64,000 nt of DNA from Syntrophales bacterium (lineage in GTDB: Bacteria > Desulfobacterota > Syntrophia > Syntrophales > UBA6807), in contig JAXGPA010000006.1 in the NCBI GenBank assembly GCA_040767195.1, forward strand, positions 64,001 to 128,000, written 5' to 3'. The position numbers were made by a program, and so were the translations under genes. Of this stretch, positions 1-9,624 are shown in pieces. Numbering within the stretch: the stretch's first letter is position 1; the number at the start of each line of letters is the position of its first letter. Under the pieces are notes generated by a model, which was not told where the DNA came from, did no database searches, and was given only the letters and a program-made list of their open reading frames with translations.

Positions 1-375
1 GGTGTCCGTCACGGCGCCGTCGGCGCTCATCACGTAACTGCCTTCGAGATGATTGTGGGTTCCCGACAGGCTGAAGGCGGCGGCGTCTCCCGAGGTCACC
101 GTGATCGTCACGCCCTTTGTCGGCGTGTATCCGCCGGCCTTGCAGTCCTCGATGGTGACGGATTCGGCGTCGGGCCTGTCGGAAAAGTAGGCCATGGCCG
201 CCGTGTGGCAGTTTTTCACGTCCGACCGGACCGCCGACATGTACCCCCGCGCCCGGTACTGGGCGAACTGCGGTATGGCGATGGCCGCCAGGATTCCGAT
301 GATGGCGATGACGATCATCAGCTCGACCAGGGTGAACCCCCTTTGTCCTCTTCTTCCGTTCCGTTTCATCAACAT
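1..375 (-). CDS. pilA: Type IV pilin (PilA-like), runs off the window edge
   Basis: Manual translation: [45 protein letters not shown]...; class III signal G|FTLxE; AGGAGG RBS upstream; no stop before base 1. Not in the ORF track. Confidence 0.93.
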   Translation of the reverse strand, partial: MLMKRNGRRGQRGFTLVELMIVIAIIGILAAIAIPQFAQYRARGYMSAVRSDVKNCHTAAMAYFSDRPDAESVTIEDCKAGGYTPTKGVTITVTSGDAAAFSLSGTHNHLEGSYVMSADGAVTDT

Positions 376-427
376 GCGGTGCGACCTCCTTATGAAATTC
401 TTTTATTAAATTTTTTTCTCTCCGTCA

Positions 428-443
428 AGCAAGACACATGCCA
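428..443 (-). promoter_or_regulatory. Sigma54 (RpoN) -24/-12 promoter of the pilin gene
   Basis: Minus strand TGGCATGTGTCTTGCT = GG-N10-GC, about 50 nt upstream of the pilin start. Confidence 0.75.
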
Positions 444-513
444 GAGGGGCGAAACGGAAAAGGGAGGGTTTCCCCTGCCCTGCCGCCTGTCTCCCCGTTC
501 GATGAACCGGCTT

Positions 514-3500
514 TCACCCCCAGTGTACGAGCCCCAGCTCCTGGTATCGAATCAGGTCCGGGTGGCTCGGCAGGACCCGGATTCCGTAAACGAACCGCCC
601 GGCCCGTGTGGCCTGGTAGGCGCCGGCATAGCGGGCCACCCCTTCCCGGCTCCCGGCCCCGGAAAACGTCATGGGAACGATCTCGGGACCGACGGGCCGG
701 TTCGTCTCGTCCACCGCGGCCACGACCAGCTCCGCCCGGACCTCCTCCCGGCTGAGCCGGCCCAGGGCGATGGCCGCCTCCACCCGGAGGACCTGGCCGA
801 AATTGAGGGAATCGCCCCGCAAACCCCGCGCCTGAAAGGACAGGATGTGAACAGTGGAAAAACGGGACGCGATTTTCCCTTTCCAGTCCGCCAGGGCCTT
901 CGCCCCCGCGTAAGCGTCGGCGTTGAGTCGGCGGGAACGCTTCGCCGCGGGAAGATACATCCTTTCCAGGTACTCCCGGAGCATTCGCTGGGTACCGAAC
1001 CGCGGTGAGAGGGTGCTTATGGAGGTTTTCATCATTTTGATCCAGTGAACGGGCAGGCCCTCCCCGTCGCGCTCGTAGTACTTGGGGACGATCTCCTCTT
1101 CCAGGATCCGGTAGATCTCGGCGCTGTCCGCCAGGTCCTGGGCCTCCCGGTTGGCGTACTCCTTTCCCTCGCCGATGGCCCAGCCGGTGCCGGGGTCATA
1201 GCCCTCGCACCACCAGCCGTCGAGAATGCTGAAATTCAGCCCCCCGTTCATGACCACCTTCATGCCGCTCGTTCCGCTCGCCTCCTGGGGACGGAGCGGG
1301 TTGTTGAGCCACACATCCACCCCCTGGACGACGGTGCGGGCCATGTGCATGTCGTAATTTTCCAGAAAGAAGACCCGGTCGATAAACCGTTCGTCCATGG
1401 TGTGCCGGTAGATTTCCTTCAGAATCGCGTTTCCTTCGCCATCGTTGGGATGGGCCTTTCCGGCGAAGAGAATCTGAACGGGCCTTTCTTCGTCCCCCAG
1501 GATGGCCTGGAGCCGGTCGGGGTCGTTGAAGATGAGGGAGGCTCTCTTGTAGGCGGCGAAGCGCCTTCCGAACCCGATGATGAGGGCCTCGGGGTTCAGG
1601 CTGTCGATTTTTCTCCTGATCAGGCGGGGCGAAAGGCCTTCCCTTTCGTAGTTCACCGCCATCTTTTTCCCGAGGAATACAGTTAGATCCTCTTTCAGGC
1701 GGCAGTGGGCGTCCCACAGCGCGCCGTCAGGGATGCCGGCGACCCTCTCCCAGAGCGCCTTGTCATCGAGGGCCCCGCCCTGGAAATCGATACCGCAGCG
1801 CTCCTCGAAAAGATTCCGCATGGGTTCGGCGATCCAGGAGGGGACATGGACGCCGTTGGTCACGCTCAGGATGGGGGTTTCCGTCTCGTCGAACCCGGAC
1901 CACACGTGCTTCCACATCTTCCGGGCGACCTCCCCGTGAAGAGCGGAGACGGCATTGGCGAAGGACGACAGCTTGAAGGCCAGGATGGTCATCTGGAAGG
2001 GGCGGTTCTCCCCGGGAACGTCCCGGCCGAGTTCCCAGAACATGTCCCAGGAAATGGCCAGGTCTTTCACGTAATCGGCGAAATAGTGCTTGATCAGCCC
2101 TTCGTCGAACCGCTCGTTGGCCGCCTCCACGGGGCTGTGGGTCGTAAAGACGGACCGGGCCTTCACCACTTCACGGGCCTCGTAGTAGGTGAGTCCCTTC
2201 TCCTTCATCAGCCACCGGATACGTTCCAGCAGGAGAAAGGCACTGTGACCCTCGTTGAGGTGATAGACGGCGGGACGGATGCCCAGGGCTCGAAGAAGCC
2301 TCACCCCCCCGATTCCGAGCATGATTTCCTGCTCGATACGAAGGCGCCTGTCCCCGCCGTAAAGCCGGGACGTGATCTGCTGGTCCTGCTTGCTGTTTTC
2401 CGGAACGGTCGTGTCGAGGAGATAAAGCCGGACCCGGCCCACGTCCACCTTCCAGGCCTGGGCATAAAGCTTCCGCCCGGGAAGGTCGACGTGAATCTTC
2501 AGGGGCTCTCCGGGGTTTTTCTCCACCGTCCGGACGGGCATTCGGGAAAAGTCGTTCTCCGGGTAAAGGGCCACCTGGTTCCCCTCCCGGTCGAGGGTCT
2601 GAAAAAAATAACCGCTCTTGTAGAGAAGGCCCACCCCGACCATGGGGATATTGAGGTCGCTCGCCGTTTTCAAATGATCCCCCGACAGGATTCCCAGGCC
2701 CCCGGAGTAGACGGGCATGGATTCGTGAAGACCGAACTCGGTGGAGAAGTAGGCCACCGGACAGGCCTCGTGGAAAACCCGGTCGGTGCCCCCATCGCCG
2801 TCCCGCTTCTCCATGAACCGGTCGTAAGCGGCCACGGTTTTCTCGTAAAGATCCATGAAGGCCGTGTCCCTGGTCAGGCCGTCGATGTCCTCCAGGCTGG
2901 CACGCTCGAGAAGGTCCACGGGGTTGCCCTCGGGCCGGGACCATATTTTCGGGTCCATGTACTCGAAGAGTTTCCGGACCCCGGGGTTCCACGACCACCA
3001 GAGGTTCCGGGCAAGGTCCCACAGGCGGCCCAGTTTTTCCGGCATCTCGGGCACCACGGTGAAGCTCCGGAAGCGGGGCGAGGTGGTGTCGGCCCCGGTG
3101 AAGGCGAATTCCCGCCCGTAGGCGCTCGAGTCATAGGCATACCGGCGGTCCGCCGTCACATGGTCGGCCAGTTCGTAGGCTTCCAGGTAATAGGGGTAGA
3201 AATGTTTCCAGTTCGCCTTTTCGGCGATTTCCCGGGCTTTTTTCTTCTGACCGTTCCGTTCTTCCTCCGGCCACAGGAGAACCCGGGCCATGTGGTCCGT
3301 CAGGTTTTTCACGATGTTGTCGTGAGATTTCCCCTGGTACTCGAGAATGAGGACCCCCCGGTTCCCGTTTTCGAAATGGTTCTTTACCCAGAGCCCGAAG
3401 CCGGCCAGGTTCGTCGTCACCGTGGGGACGGCCCAGGCGGCGCACTCGAGGGGGGTGTATCCCCAAGGCTCGTAGTAGGAGGGGAAAACCCCGAGATCAC

Positions 3501-4782
3501 AGCTCGAAAGGACTTCCTCGTAGGGCATGTTGAGAAGCCCGTCATAGCCGTCGAGATAAACGGGCATGAAAATCACGGACACGGGGTCCTCGGGCCCGTT
3601 CAAGAGGCCCTCGGCGTTGCACTTGTTCCAGATGGGGTCCCGCTGAGGGTCATGGAGCTGATGGGTGGAGACCCGCGTGATCCCCGCGCGCTGGACGTCC
3701 TGGCCTCTCATGATCTGCTGGGCCTCCGCGGAAATCCCGTAGTGGCCGCCGATGACGGATACGAGGGCGACGATCTCGTCCGCCGACCCCTGGGCCTTGA
3801 GGGACCGGTTCAGCGCCCCCAGGGATTCGAGAAAAAGATCGATGCCCTTGTTGAAGAACTCGTACCGTCCCGAAATGAGGAACACCCGAAAACGCCGGGG
3901 ATCCAGGCGCCGCTGCAGGAAGGTCGACGCGAACTCGAAGAGCTTCTGCCGGCGGTTGTCGAAGATCTGCCGGTGGACGGTCAGGTCCGGGATGGCGTCG
4001 ATGTTGATGCCGTTGGGAAGGACGACCTGGGGGGCCCTCTGGAGGAAATGGGCGGCCTCCTTTGCCGTGATCTCGCTCACGGTGGTGAAGCAGTCGCACT
4101 CCCTGGCCGTGATGGACTCGAGGGAGTGCTTCGCCTCCACGTTCATCCTGGCGGCCATCTCCCGGGGGGAAAAGCTCTCCATGTCGCTGTAGATGTCGAC
4201 CCGGTTGCCGCAGAGGGAGCGCCCGAGAACGGTGGCGTGGGTGGTGAAAACCGTGCCGACCTCGGGAACGTGCTTCTTCACGTAAAGCAGTCCCGCTCCC
4301 ATCATCCACTCGTGAAACTGGGCGACGGCCTTCCCTCCCTCGCCGACCATCCGGTCGTAGAGAACGGCCACGGCCTCCCCGAAAGCGGTGCTGTACAGAA
4401 CAGGCTCGATGTAGTCCCAGCTCCCCCGGATGGAATCGACGCCGAAATCCTGCCAGAGCTGAAAAAGGAGCTCGCTCTGGGGGTATTTGCAGACGTTTCC
4501 CACGAGAATCACCCGGGGATGCCCTTCGACGGTCCATCGGCCGCATCGGCAGGTGAGGTTCCTTTTCTTCAGCTCCTCCGTGATCGGCGGCCAGAGATCC
4601 TCCGTCGTCTCCTCGAATTCGGCGTTGTTGCCGAAATCGGGCCCGATGAGGACGTAATTGTCGCCGAAACGCTTTCGGGCGCTCGGAATCTTCGTCCGGA
4701 TCACCGTGTTGATGCCGCCGACCTTGTTGCAGACTTCCCAGCTCACCTCGAAAAGGTGCCGGACGTTGTTGTTTTCCGTCAT
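514..4782 (-). CDS. glgP: Fused GT3-type glycogen synthase / alpha-glucan phosphorylase (GT35), 1422 aa
   Basis: N-half: FEVSWEVCNKVGGI, GRYEFFNKG, FPSYYEPWGYTPLE (GT3). C-half: YFSTEFG, YSGGLG, HLNEGH, EASGTSGMK (phosphorylase PLP-Lys motif). Start MTENNN chosen from GGAGG RBS. Confidence 0.92.
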   Translation of the reverse strand: MTENNNVRHLFEVSWEVCNKVGGINTVIRTKIPSARKRFGDNYVLIGPDFGNNAEFEETTEDLWPPITEELKKRNLTCRCGRWTVEGHPRVILVGNVCKYPQSELLFQLWQDFGVDSIRGSWDYIEPVLYSTAFGEAVAVLYDRMVGEGGKAVAQFHEWMMGAGLLYVKKHVPEVGTVFTTHATVLGRSLCGNRVDIYSDMESFSPREMAARMNVEAKHSLESITARECDCFTTVSEITAKEAAHFLQRAPQVVLPNGINIDAIPDLTVHRQIFDNRRQKLFEFASTFLQRRLDPRRFRVFLISGRYEFFNKGIDLFLESLGALNRSLKAQGSADEIVALVSVIGGHYGISAEAQQIMRGQDVQRAGITRVSTHQLHDPQRDPIWNKCNAEGLLNGPEDPVSVIFMPVYLDGYDGLLNMPYEEVLSSCDLGVFPSYYEPWGYTPLECAAWAVPTVTTNLAGFGLWVKNHFENGNRGVLILEYQGKSHDNIVKNLTDHMARVLLWPEEERNGQKKKAREIAEKANWKHFYPYYLEAYELADHVTADRRYAYDSSAYGREFAFTGADTTSPRFRSFTVVPEMPEKLGRLWDLARNLWWSWNPGVRKLFEYMDPKIWSRPEGNPVDLLERASLEDIDGLTRDTAFMDLYEKTVAAYDRFMEKRDGDGGTDRVFHEACPVAYFSTEFGLHESMPVYSGGLGILSGDHLKTASDLNIPMVGVGLLYKSGYFFQTLDREGNQVALYPENDFSRMPVRTVEKNPGEPLKIHVDLPGRKLYAQAWKVDVGRVRLYLLDTTVPENSKQDQQITSRLYGGDRRLRIEQEIMLGIGGVRLLRALGIRPAVYHLNEGHSAFLLLERIRWLMKEKGLTYYEAREVVKARSVFTTHSPVEAANERFDEGLIKHYFADYVKDLAISWDMFWELGRDVPGENRPFQMTILAFKLSSFANAVSALHGEVARKMWKHVWSGFDETETPILSVTNGVHVPSWIAEPMRNLFEERCGIDFQGGALDDKALWERVAGIPDGALWDAHCRLKEDLTVFLGKKMAVNYEREGLSPRLIRRKIDSLNPEALIIGFGRRFAAYKRASLIFNDPDRLQAILGDEERPVQILFAGKAHPNDGEGNAILKEIYRHTMDERFIDRVFFLENYDMHMARTVVQGVDVWLNNPLRPQEASGTSGMKVVMNGGLNFSILDGWWCEGYDPGTGWAIGEGKEYANREAQDLADSAEIYRILEEEIVPKYYERDGEGLPVHWIKMMKTSISTLSPRFGTQRMLREYLERMYLPAAKRSRRLNADAYAGAKALADWKGKIASRFSTVHILSFQARGLRGDSLNFGQVLRVEAAIALGRLSREEVRAELVVAAVDETNRPVGPEIVPMTFSGAGSREGVARYAGAYQATRAGRFVYGIRVLPSHPDLIRYQELGLVHWG

Positions 4783-4861
4783 TCCCGAACCTCCCTGTGA
4801 CAGGGTAACACGCTGACCGTAGTGCCGCCGCCGATGCAGGGGCGTGGCGCCGGCCTCCGCT

Positions 4862-6829
4862 TCAGCTGTTTTCCCCGAGAAGAACAGCCAGGCGGATGGT
4901 CTCGGCGACGCTCCAGGCCTGGGCGATGCATCCCCGGGGACGATGGGGACTCTCCCCGTCGAATATCTCCGACACCGTCCCCAGCCCGGCATCGGAAAGG
5001 TGTTTCGTCAGGTTCCGGAGCAGCCGCGACAGGCGGCTCCGGGCCGCTTCCCTGTCATCGGAAAAACGGAGCAGCGCTTTTCCGTAATGTCCGTTGAGCC
5101 AGGGCCACACCGTGCCCTGGTGGTAAGCGGCGTCACGCTCCTCCGGTCCCCCGGCGTAAACGGGCCGGTAGGCCGGGTCCCGGGGAGACAGGGTTCTCAA
5201 GCCAAAGGGCGTGAGCAGGGCCTCCGTCACCGTTTCCACGACCCGCTTTCCCAGGTCCCGGTCCCGGAGAACCGGGAAAGGCAGGGACAGGGCGAAGATC
5301 TGGTTGGGCCGGAGGGACCTGTCCCGGCCCCCCGTGACGGGATCCGCCGTGTCGGCCAGGTATCCTTCCCCGGGAAGGGTGAAAAGGGAAAGAAAGGACG
5401 CCTCGACCCGGGACAGCAGGGCCTGGCCGTCGAAGAAAAGCGGTTCTCCGAGCGTTTCCGACAGCTGTTCCAGGAAAGCCAGGGCATTGTACCACAGGGC
5501 GTTGATCTCCACGGGACAGCCGTTTCGCGGGGTCACAGGCTTTCCTCTCACCGTTGCGTCCATCCAGGTCAGCTGGGTTTCCGAATCCCCCACGGAGAGA
5601 AGGCCGTTTTGCAGGAACCGGATGCCCTCGGCCCGCCCCTCCAGGTAACCCCGGGCCAGATCGGCGAGAACGGGCCAGAACAGGTCTCTCACGGTCTCCA
5701 GGTCCCCCGTCGTCTCGAGGAATTGCTGGACGCACCAGAAATACCAGAGAGAGGCGTCGGCGGTGTTGTAGGCCGGCGCTCCCCTCTCGGAGAGGCAGTT
5801 GGGCAGGAGACCGTCCCGTCTCTGTTCCCCGAGCCTGAGGAGAATTTCCCGGCCCTCTTCGACGCGCCCCAGGCAGAAGGTGAGCCCGGGGAGACTGATG
5901 AGGGTGTCCCGGCCCCATACATAAAACCAGGGGTATCCGGCGATGACGGCCCGCCGTCCCGCCCCGTCCCGGATCAGAAACTGCCCCGCCCCCCCCAAAA
6001 AAGGGGACAGATTTATTTTTTTACCCTTTGTTTCGAGGGCTTGTTTCTTTCTTCTCCCCACTTCACCCTGCCAGAGTGCTTTCGGGGGGGAAATCTCTTC
6101 CTCCAGGGACGCCATGAAAAAGGCCTCCGCCCCGGGCAGCAGGGGGGCCTCGAGAACACCGGGGGTGAAGAGGTCTTCGTAACAGGGAAATCCGCGGGCC
6201 TCCTCTTCCCGGTACTCAAAGTTCCGATACCAGAGCGGCTCGGGGTAAAAAGATGGGGAAGGGTCGAGGCGGCAGAAAAGGGCCGGCATCCCGTCATAGG
6301 GCCTGACGGAAAAACCGTTTTCCCCGGCAGTGGTCTCTGTTCGCAGGAAGGTGTTTTCCTTCATGAGACGGTGTATGTCCCTAAAGGCCAGAAAGGGCCG
6401 GACGCGGAGCACACCCCCCGGCGCCCCCGCCTCGAGGGCGTACCGGATGACAAGGGTGTTTTTCTCCTTCAAAAGGACGATTTCCTTTCGCAGCCCGCCT
6501 TCGTCGAACCGGTATCGGAATGAGGGACCCGCCCCGAGAACGACCTCGGAAAGGGGAAAATCGGCCACCGGCGGCGGAACGCCCCGGTACGTATGTAAGG
6601 ACAGGGGCCAGGTCCGGTCTCCCCGGCAAAAGGTGTCTTCCACTTTTGACAGGAGAACGAAGCGCCCCGCCGGTTCCTCGAGGCGGGAAACGAGGAGCCC
6701 GTGGTACTTCCGGGTGTGGCAGTTGAAGACGGAACTCGAGGCGTAGCCGCCGAGGCCGTTTGTCTCGAGCCACTCCTTTTCCAGGAGGTCTTCGGTCTTG
6801 TTCTTCTCCCTCGTGATGACGCGGATCAT
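4862..6829 (-). CDS. Glycogen debranching enzyme (amylo-alpha-1,6-glucosidase family)
   Basis: EWLETNGLGGYAS, TRKYHGLL, AGYPWF..WGRDT, LTWMDA, YHQGTVWPW, QAWSVAE; start may be 6829 or 6898. Confidence 0.9.
   Translation of the reverse strand: MIRVITREKNKTEDLLEKEWLETNGLGGYASSSVFNCHTRKYHGLLVSRLEEPAGRFVLLSKVEDTFCRGDRTWPLSLHTYRGVPPPVADFPLSEVVLGAGPSFRYRFDEGGLRKEIVLLKEKNTLVIRYALEAGAPGGVLRVRPFLAFRDIHRLMKENTFLRTETTAGENGFSVRPYDGMPALFCRLDPSPSFYPEPLWYRNFEYREEEARGFPCYEDLFTPGVLEAPLLPGAEAFFMASLEEEISPPKALWQGEVGRRKKQALETKGKKINLSPFLGGAGQFLIRDGAGRRAVIAGYPWFYVWGRDTLISLPGLTFCLGRVEEGREILLRLGEQRRDGLLPNCLSERGAPAYNTADASLWYFWCVQQFLETTGDLETVRDLFWPVLADLARGYLEGRAEGIRFLQNGLLSVGDSETQLTWMDATVRGKPVTPRNGCPVEINALWYNALAFLEQLSETLGEPLFFDGQALLSRVEASFLSLFTLPGEGYLADTADPVTGGRDRSLRPNQIFALSLPFPVLRDRDLGKRVVETVTEALLTPFGLRTLSPRDPAYRPVYAGGPEERDAAYHQGTVWPWLNGHYGKALLRFSDDREAARSRLSRLLRNLTKHLSDAGLGTVSEIFDGESPHRPRGCIAQAWSVAETIRLAVLLGENS
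5997..6021 (+). repeat. REP-like half-site AAAAAAGGGGACAGATTTATTTTTT inside the debranching-enzyme CDS
   Basis: Identical over 25 nt to 29522-29546; encodes KKINLSPF on the minus strand. Confidence 0.7.
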
Positions 6830-7001
6830 GAAATCATGGCATTCCCGGGAAAAGCGCTTTGTTTCGGAACCCCTGTGTTCGCCCCCGGAGGTTTTCACAT
6901 GTCTTCTTATACAGTAAAAGGGACCCGGTCTTCAATGGGCAGAAAAAAGAGGAAGCGATTTTTCTTGAACGCCGGGAAATTTCGTGAATAATGGGTTTTT
7001 C

Positions 7002-9473
7002 ATGACCTTGCCGCTCCTTCCCATCGTCATCGCCCTGATGCTCGGGGTCCTCCTGGGTGCCCGCTGCCCCGCTGTCCCGCCCGTTTTTTTCGCGGCCGGC
7101 GGCGTCTTCCTCCTGGCGGCCCTTCTGTCCCTGAAGAAAAGAAAAAAAGCCCTCTTCGCTCTTTTCATCCTTCCCGGGTTCCTGGTCCTGGGAATGGCCG
7201 CCATCCAGAGGGACCTCTATTTCCCCTCCGCCGTCCCGTGGGCCGACGGCACCGCCCGGGTGATGGAAGGCATGGTCGCCGAGGACCCTCTCGAATCGGA
7301 GGACAGGAAGGACCTGGTTCTTTCCTCGCTTACGATCTGGAAAGACGGCGTCCCCGCCCCCGTGAGCGGCAGGGTCCTCCTGTCCGTCCGGGAGCCCTGC
7401 GCGGCCTTTCGATACGGTGACGTGGTGAGGACCCGGGGGACCCTGAAGGCTCCCCGCAATTTCAACAACCCGGGCGGGTTCGACTACCGGCGTTTCCTCC
7501 TGTCCCGGGGCATCACCCTGCGGGGGCACATCTGGGACGGATCGTCGGTCGTCATCGTCCGGAGAAACGGGGGAAACGAACTGCGGGCGCTCGTGGAACG
7601 GTCAAGAGACCGCGTCGGGTCCTTCATCGATGTCCACGAGAAAAATGAAAGAGGGGCCCTCCTGAAGGCCCTCCTCATCGGGAAAAAACGGGGCCTCCCC
7701 GAAGACGTCCGGGAGAGCTTCAACCGCGCGGGGATCTCCCATGTCCTGGCCATATCAGGCCTTCACGTGGGCCTCGTGGCGCTTTTCGTCTTCTTTCTCG
7801 CCGAAAGTGTTCTCAAGCGATCCGAAACCATCCTCCTAACGGGAAATCTCTTCCGCCTGTCCGCCGCCACCGTCCTCCTCCCGGTCGTCTTTTACGCTCT
7901 CATCGCCGGCCTCGGCGTCCCCGTCATCCGGGCCACGGTCATGGCAGTCCTGTTTCTTCTCGCCGTCATCCTGGGCAAATCGAGATCGGTCCTGAACGTC
8001 CTGGCCTTCGCCGCTTTCGTGGTCCTCCTGGCGGACCCGTCGGGTCTCTTCGACGCCTCCTTTCAGCTTTCCTTCACCGCCGTGGCGTCCATACTCCTTC
8101 TGGTCCCCGCCTGGAAACGCCTTTTTCCGGCTCGAAAAAACGTGGCGCCCCCCGATTCTTCACCCCCCCTCCCGGAAAGAGCAGCCCGGCACATCCTCCT
8201 CCTGGCGGCCGTCACCATGGGCGCCACCCTGGGGACCCTTCCTCTCGTGGCCATCTGGTTTCACCGCCTCTCGACGGTCTCCTTACTTTCCAATCTTGTC
8301 GCCGTCCCCGCCATCGGCTTCGTCACCCTCCCCCTGGGCCTTGCCGCCGTCTTTCTTCTTCCCCTGGGTCCCTGGGTCTCCCTCCTTTTTCTTAAAGCCG
8401 CCGCGTGGACCCTTCTGCCCGTTCTTGCCTTCACGAAATGGATTTCAGCCTTTTCCTTCTCTTCCCCCATCGTGGCGACCCCCGGCGCCTGGGTCCTCGT
8501 TTTGTATTACGGGCTTCTTCTGGCGGGGGTTTTTCTCGCGGGGGGGACGGGGCCGCAAAAGCCAAAAGCGCCTTTCCGGCTCCTCTCCGCCGGATGCTTC
8601 GGGGTCGCCTTCATCTTTCTCCTTATCCAATTTTTCCCCGCCGCGCCGGAAAGGAAAACCCTGCGGCTCACCGCCGTCGACGTGGGCCAGGGAACGGCTA
8701 CGCTCGTTGAATTTCCCGGGAAGGCCGTCATGCTCGTCGACGGGGGCGGTTTTCACGACAACCGGTTCGACGTGGGCCGCCACGTCGTGGCCCCTTTCCT
8801 GCTCTCCCGAAAGATACGGACCCTGGACGTGGTCGTCCTCTCCCACCCGCATCACGACCATCTGAACGGGCTCCTCTACATCCTTGATCATTTCACGGTC
8901 CGGGAAGTGTGGGCAAACGGGGAGGCCGCGGAAACCGGGACGTACCATCTTTTTCTCGAGCTTCTCGAAAAACGGGGTATCCCGTACCGGAAACGAAGCG
9001 CCCGGGATGATCCCGTCACCATCGGCGGTGTCACCGTTTCCTTTCTCAATCCCGATGCGCCGCTTGCCGGGCTGGTCCCGGAAACGGTGGAATCGACGAC
9101 GAACGACCGGTCCCTGGTCCTGCGTCTTACCCATAAAAAACACCGTTTCCTTCTTCCCGGGGACATCTCGGAAATTACGGAAAAAAGGCTCCTTCAGGAA
9201 GTCCGCGACCTTGAAAGCGACGTTCTTTTCGCCCCCCACCACGGGTCTTCCCATTCCAGCTGCCGCCCCTTCCTGAAAAAGGTCCGGCCCCGTCATGTGA
9301 TCATGAGCCTGGGGTACGAGAACCCTTTCCGCTTTCCCTCGTCCGACATCCTCGCCCGGTATGATGAGATCGGGGCGGCTGTCCACCGGACGGATCTCGA
9401 CGGGGCGGTGACCGTCGAAAGCGACGGTACGCGCCTTTGGACGGCGTCTTTCCTCGAGAGTGCCTCCCCGTGA
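7002..9473 (+). CDS. comEC: DNA internalization competence protein ComEC/Rec2
   Basis: NPGGFDY, HVLAISGLHVG, SFQLSF, multiple TM helices, C-terminal MBL domain (DVGQG, SHPHHDH, PHHGS). Start 6984 or 7002. Confidence 0.93.
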   Translation: MTLPLLPIVIALMLGVLLGARCPAVPPVFFAAGGVFLLAALLSLKKRKKALFALFILPGFLVLGMAAIQRDLYFPSAVPWADGTARVMEGMVAEDPLESEDRKDLVLSSLTIWKDGVPAPVSGRVLLSVREPCAAFRYGDVVRTRGTLKAPRNFNNPGGFDYRRFLLSRGITLRGHIWDGSSVVIVRRNGGNELRALVERSRDRVGSFIDVHEKNERGALLKALLIGKKRGLPEDVRESFNRAGISHVLAISGLHVGLVALFVFFLAESVLKRSETILLTGNLFRLSAATVLLPVVFYALIAGLGVPVIRATVMAVLFLLAVILGKSRSVLNVLAFAAFVVLLADPSGLFDASFQLSFTAVASILLLVPAWKRLFPARKNVAPPDSSPPLPERAARHILLLAAVTMGATLGTLPLVAIWFHRLSTVSLLSNLVAVPAIGFVTLPLGLAAVFLLPLGPWVSLLFLKAAAWTLLPVLAFTKWISAFSFSSPIVATPGAWVLVLYYGLLLAGVFLAGGTGPQKPKAPFRLLSAGCFGVAFIFLLIQFFPAAPERKTLRLTAVDVGQGTATLVEFPGKAVMLVDGGGFHDNRFDVGRHVVAPFLLSRKIRTLDVVVLSHPHHDHLNGLLYILDHFTVREVWANGEAAETGTYHLFLELLEKRGIPYRKRSARDDPVTIGGVTVSFLNPDAPLAGLVPETVESTTNDRSLVLRLTHKKHRFLLPGDISEITEKRLLQEVRDLESDVLFAPHHGSSHSSCRPFLKKVRPRHVIMSLGYENPFRFPSSDILARYDEIGAAVHRTDLDGAVTVESDGTRLWTASFLESASP

Positions 9474-9624
9474 ATCCCCCCGGGCCGCCTTTCAGGCTTT
9501 TTGCACCATCGCCATGATTGTAATTAAAAGGGATTTGTGTTAATTACTCCCGGTTTGAACAAGCGATTCAGACGACTACACAGGGGAATCCTTTCGCGGT
9601 TCCCCCGTCTTTGCGGAAAGGCTC

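Noticed and set aside
49..1008. 319-aa plus-strand ORF
   Set aside because: Antisense to the pilin and the glgP 3' end, which carry the real motifs.
1705..4800. 1031-aa plus-strand ORF, and similar long antisense ORFs (e.g. 29894-32464, 50029-51810, 9568-11094)
   Set aside because: Shadow ORFs opposite well-supported genes in high-GC DNA; no recognisable motifs.
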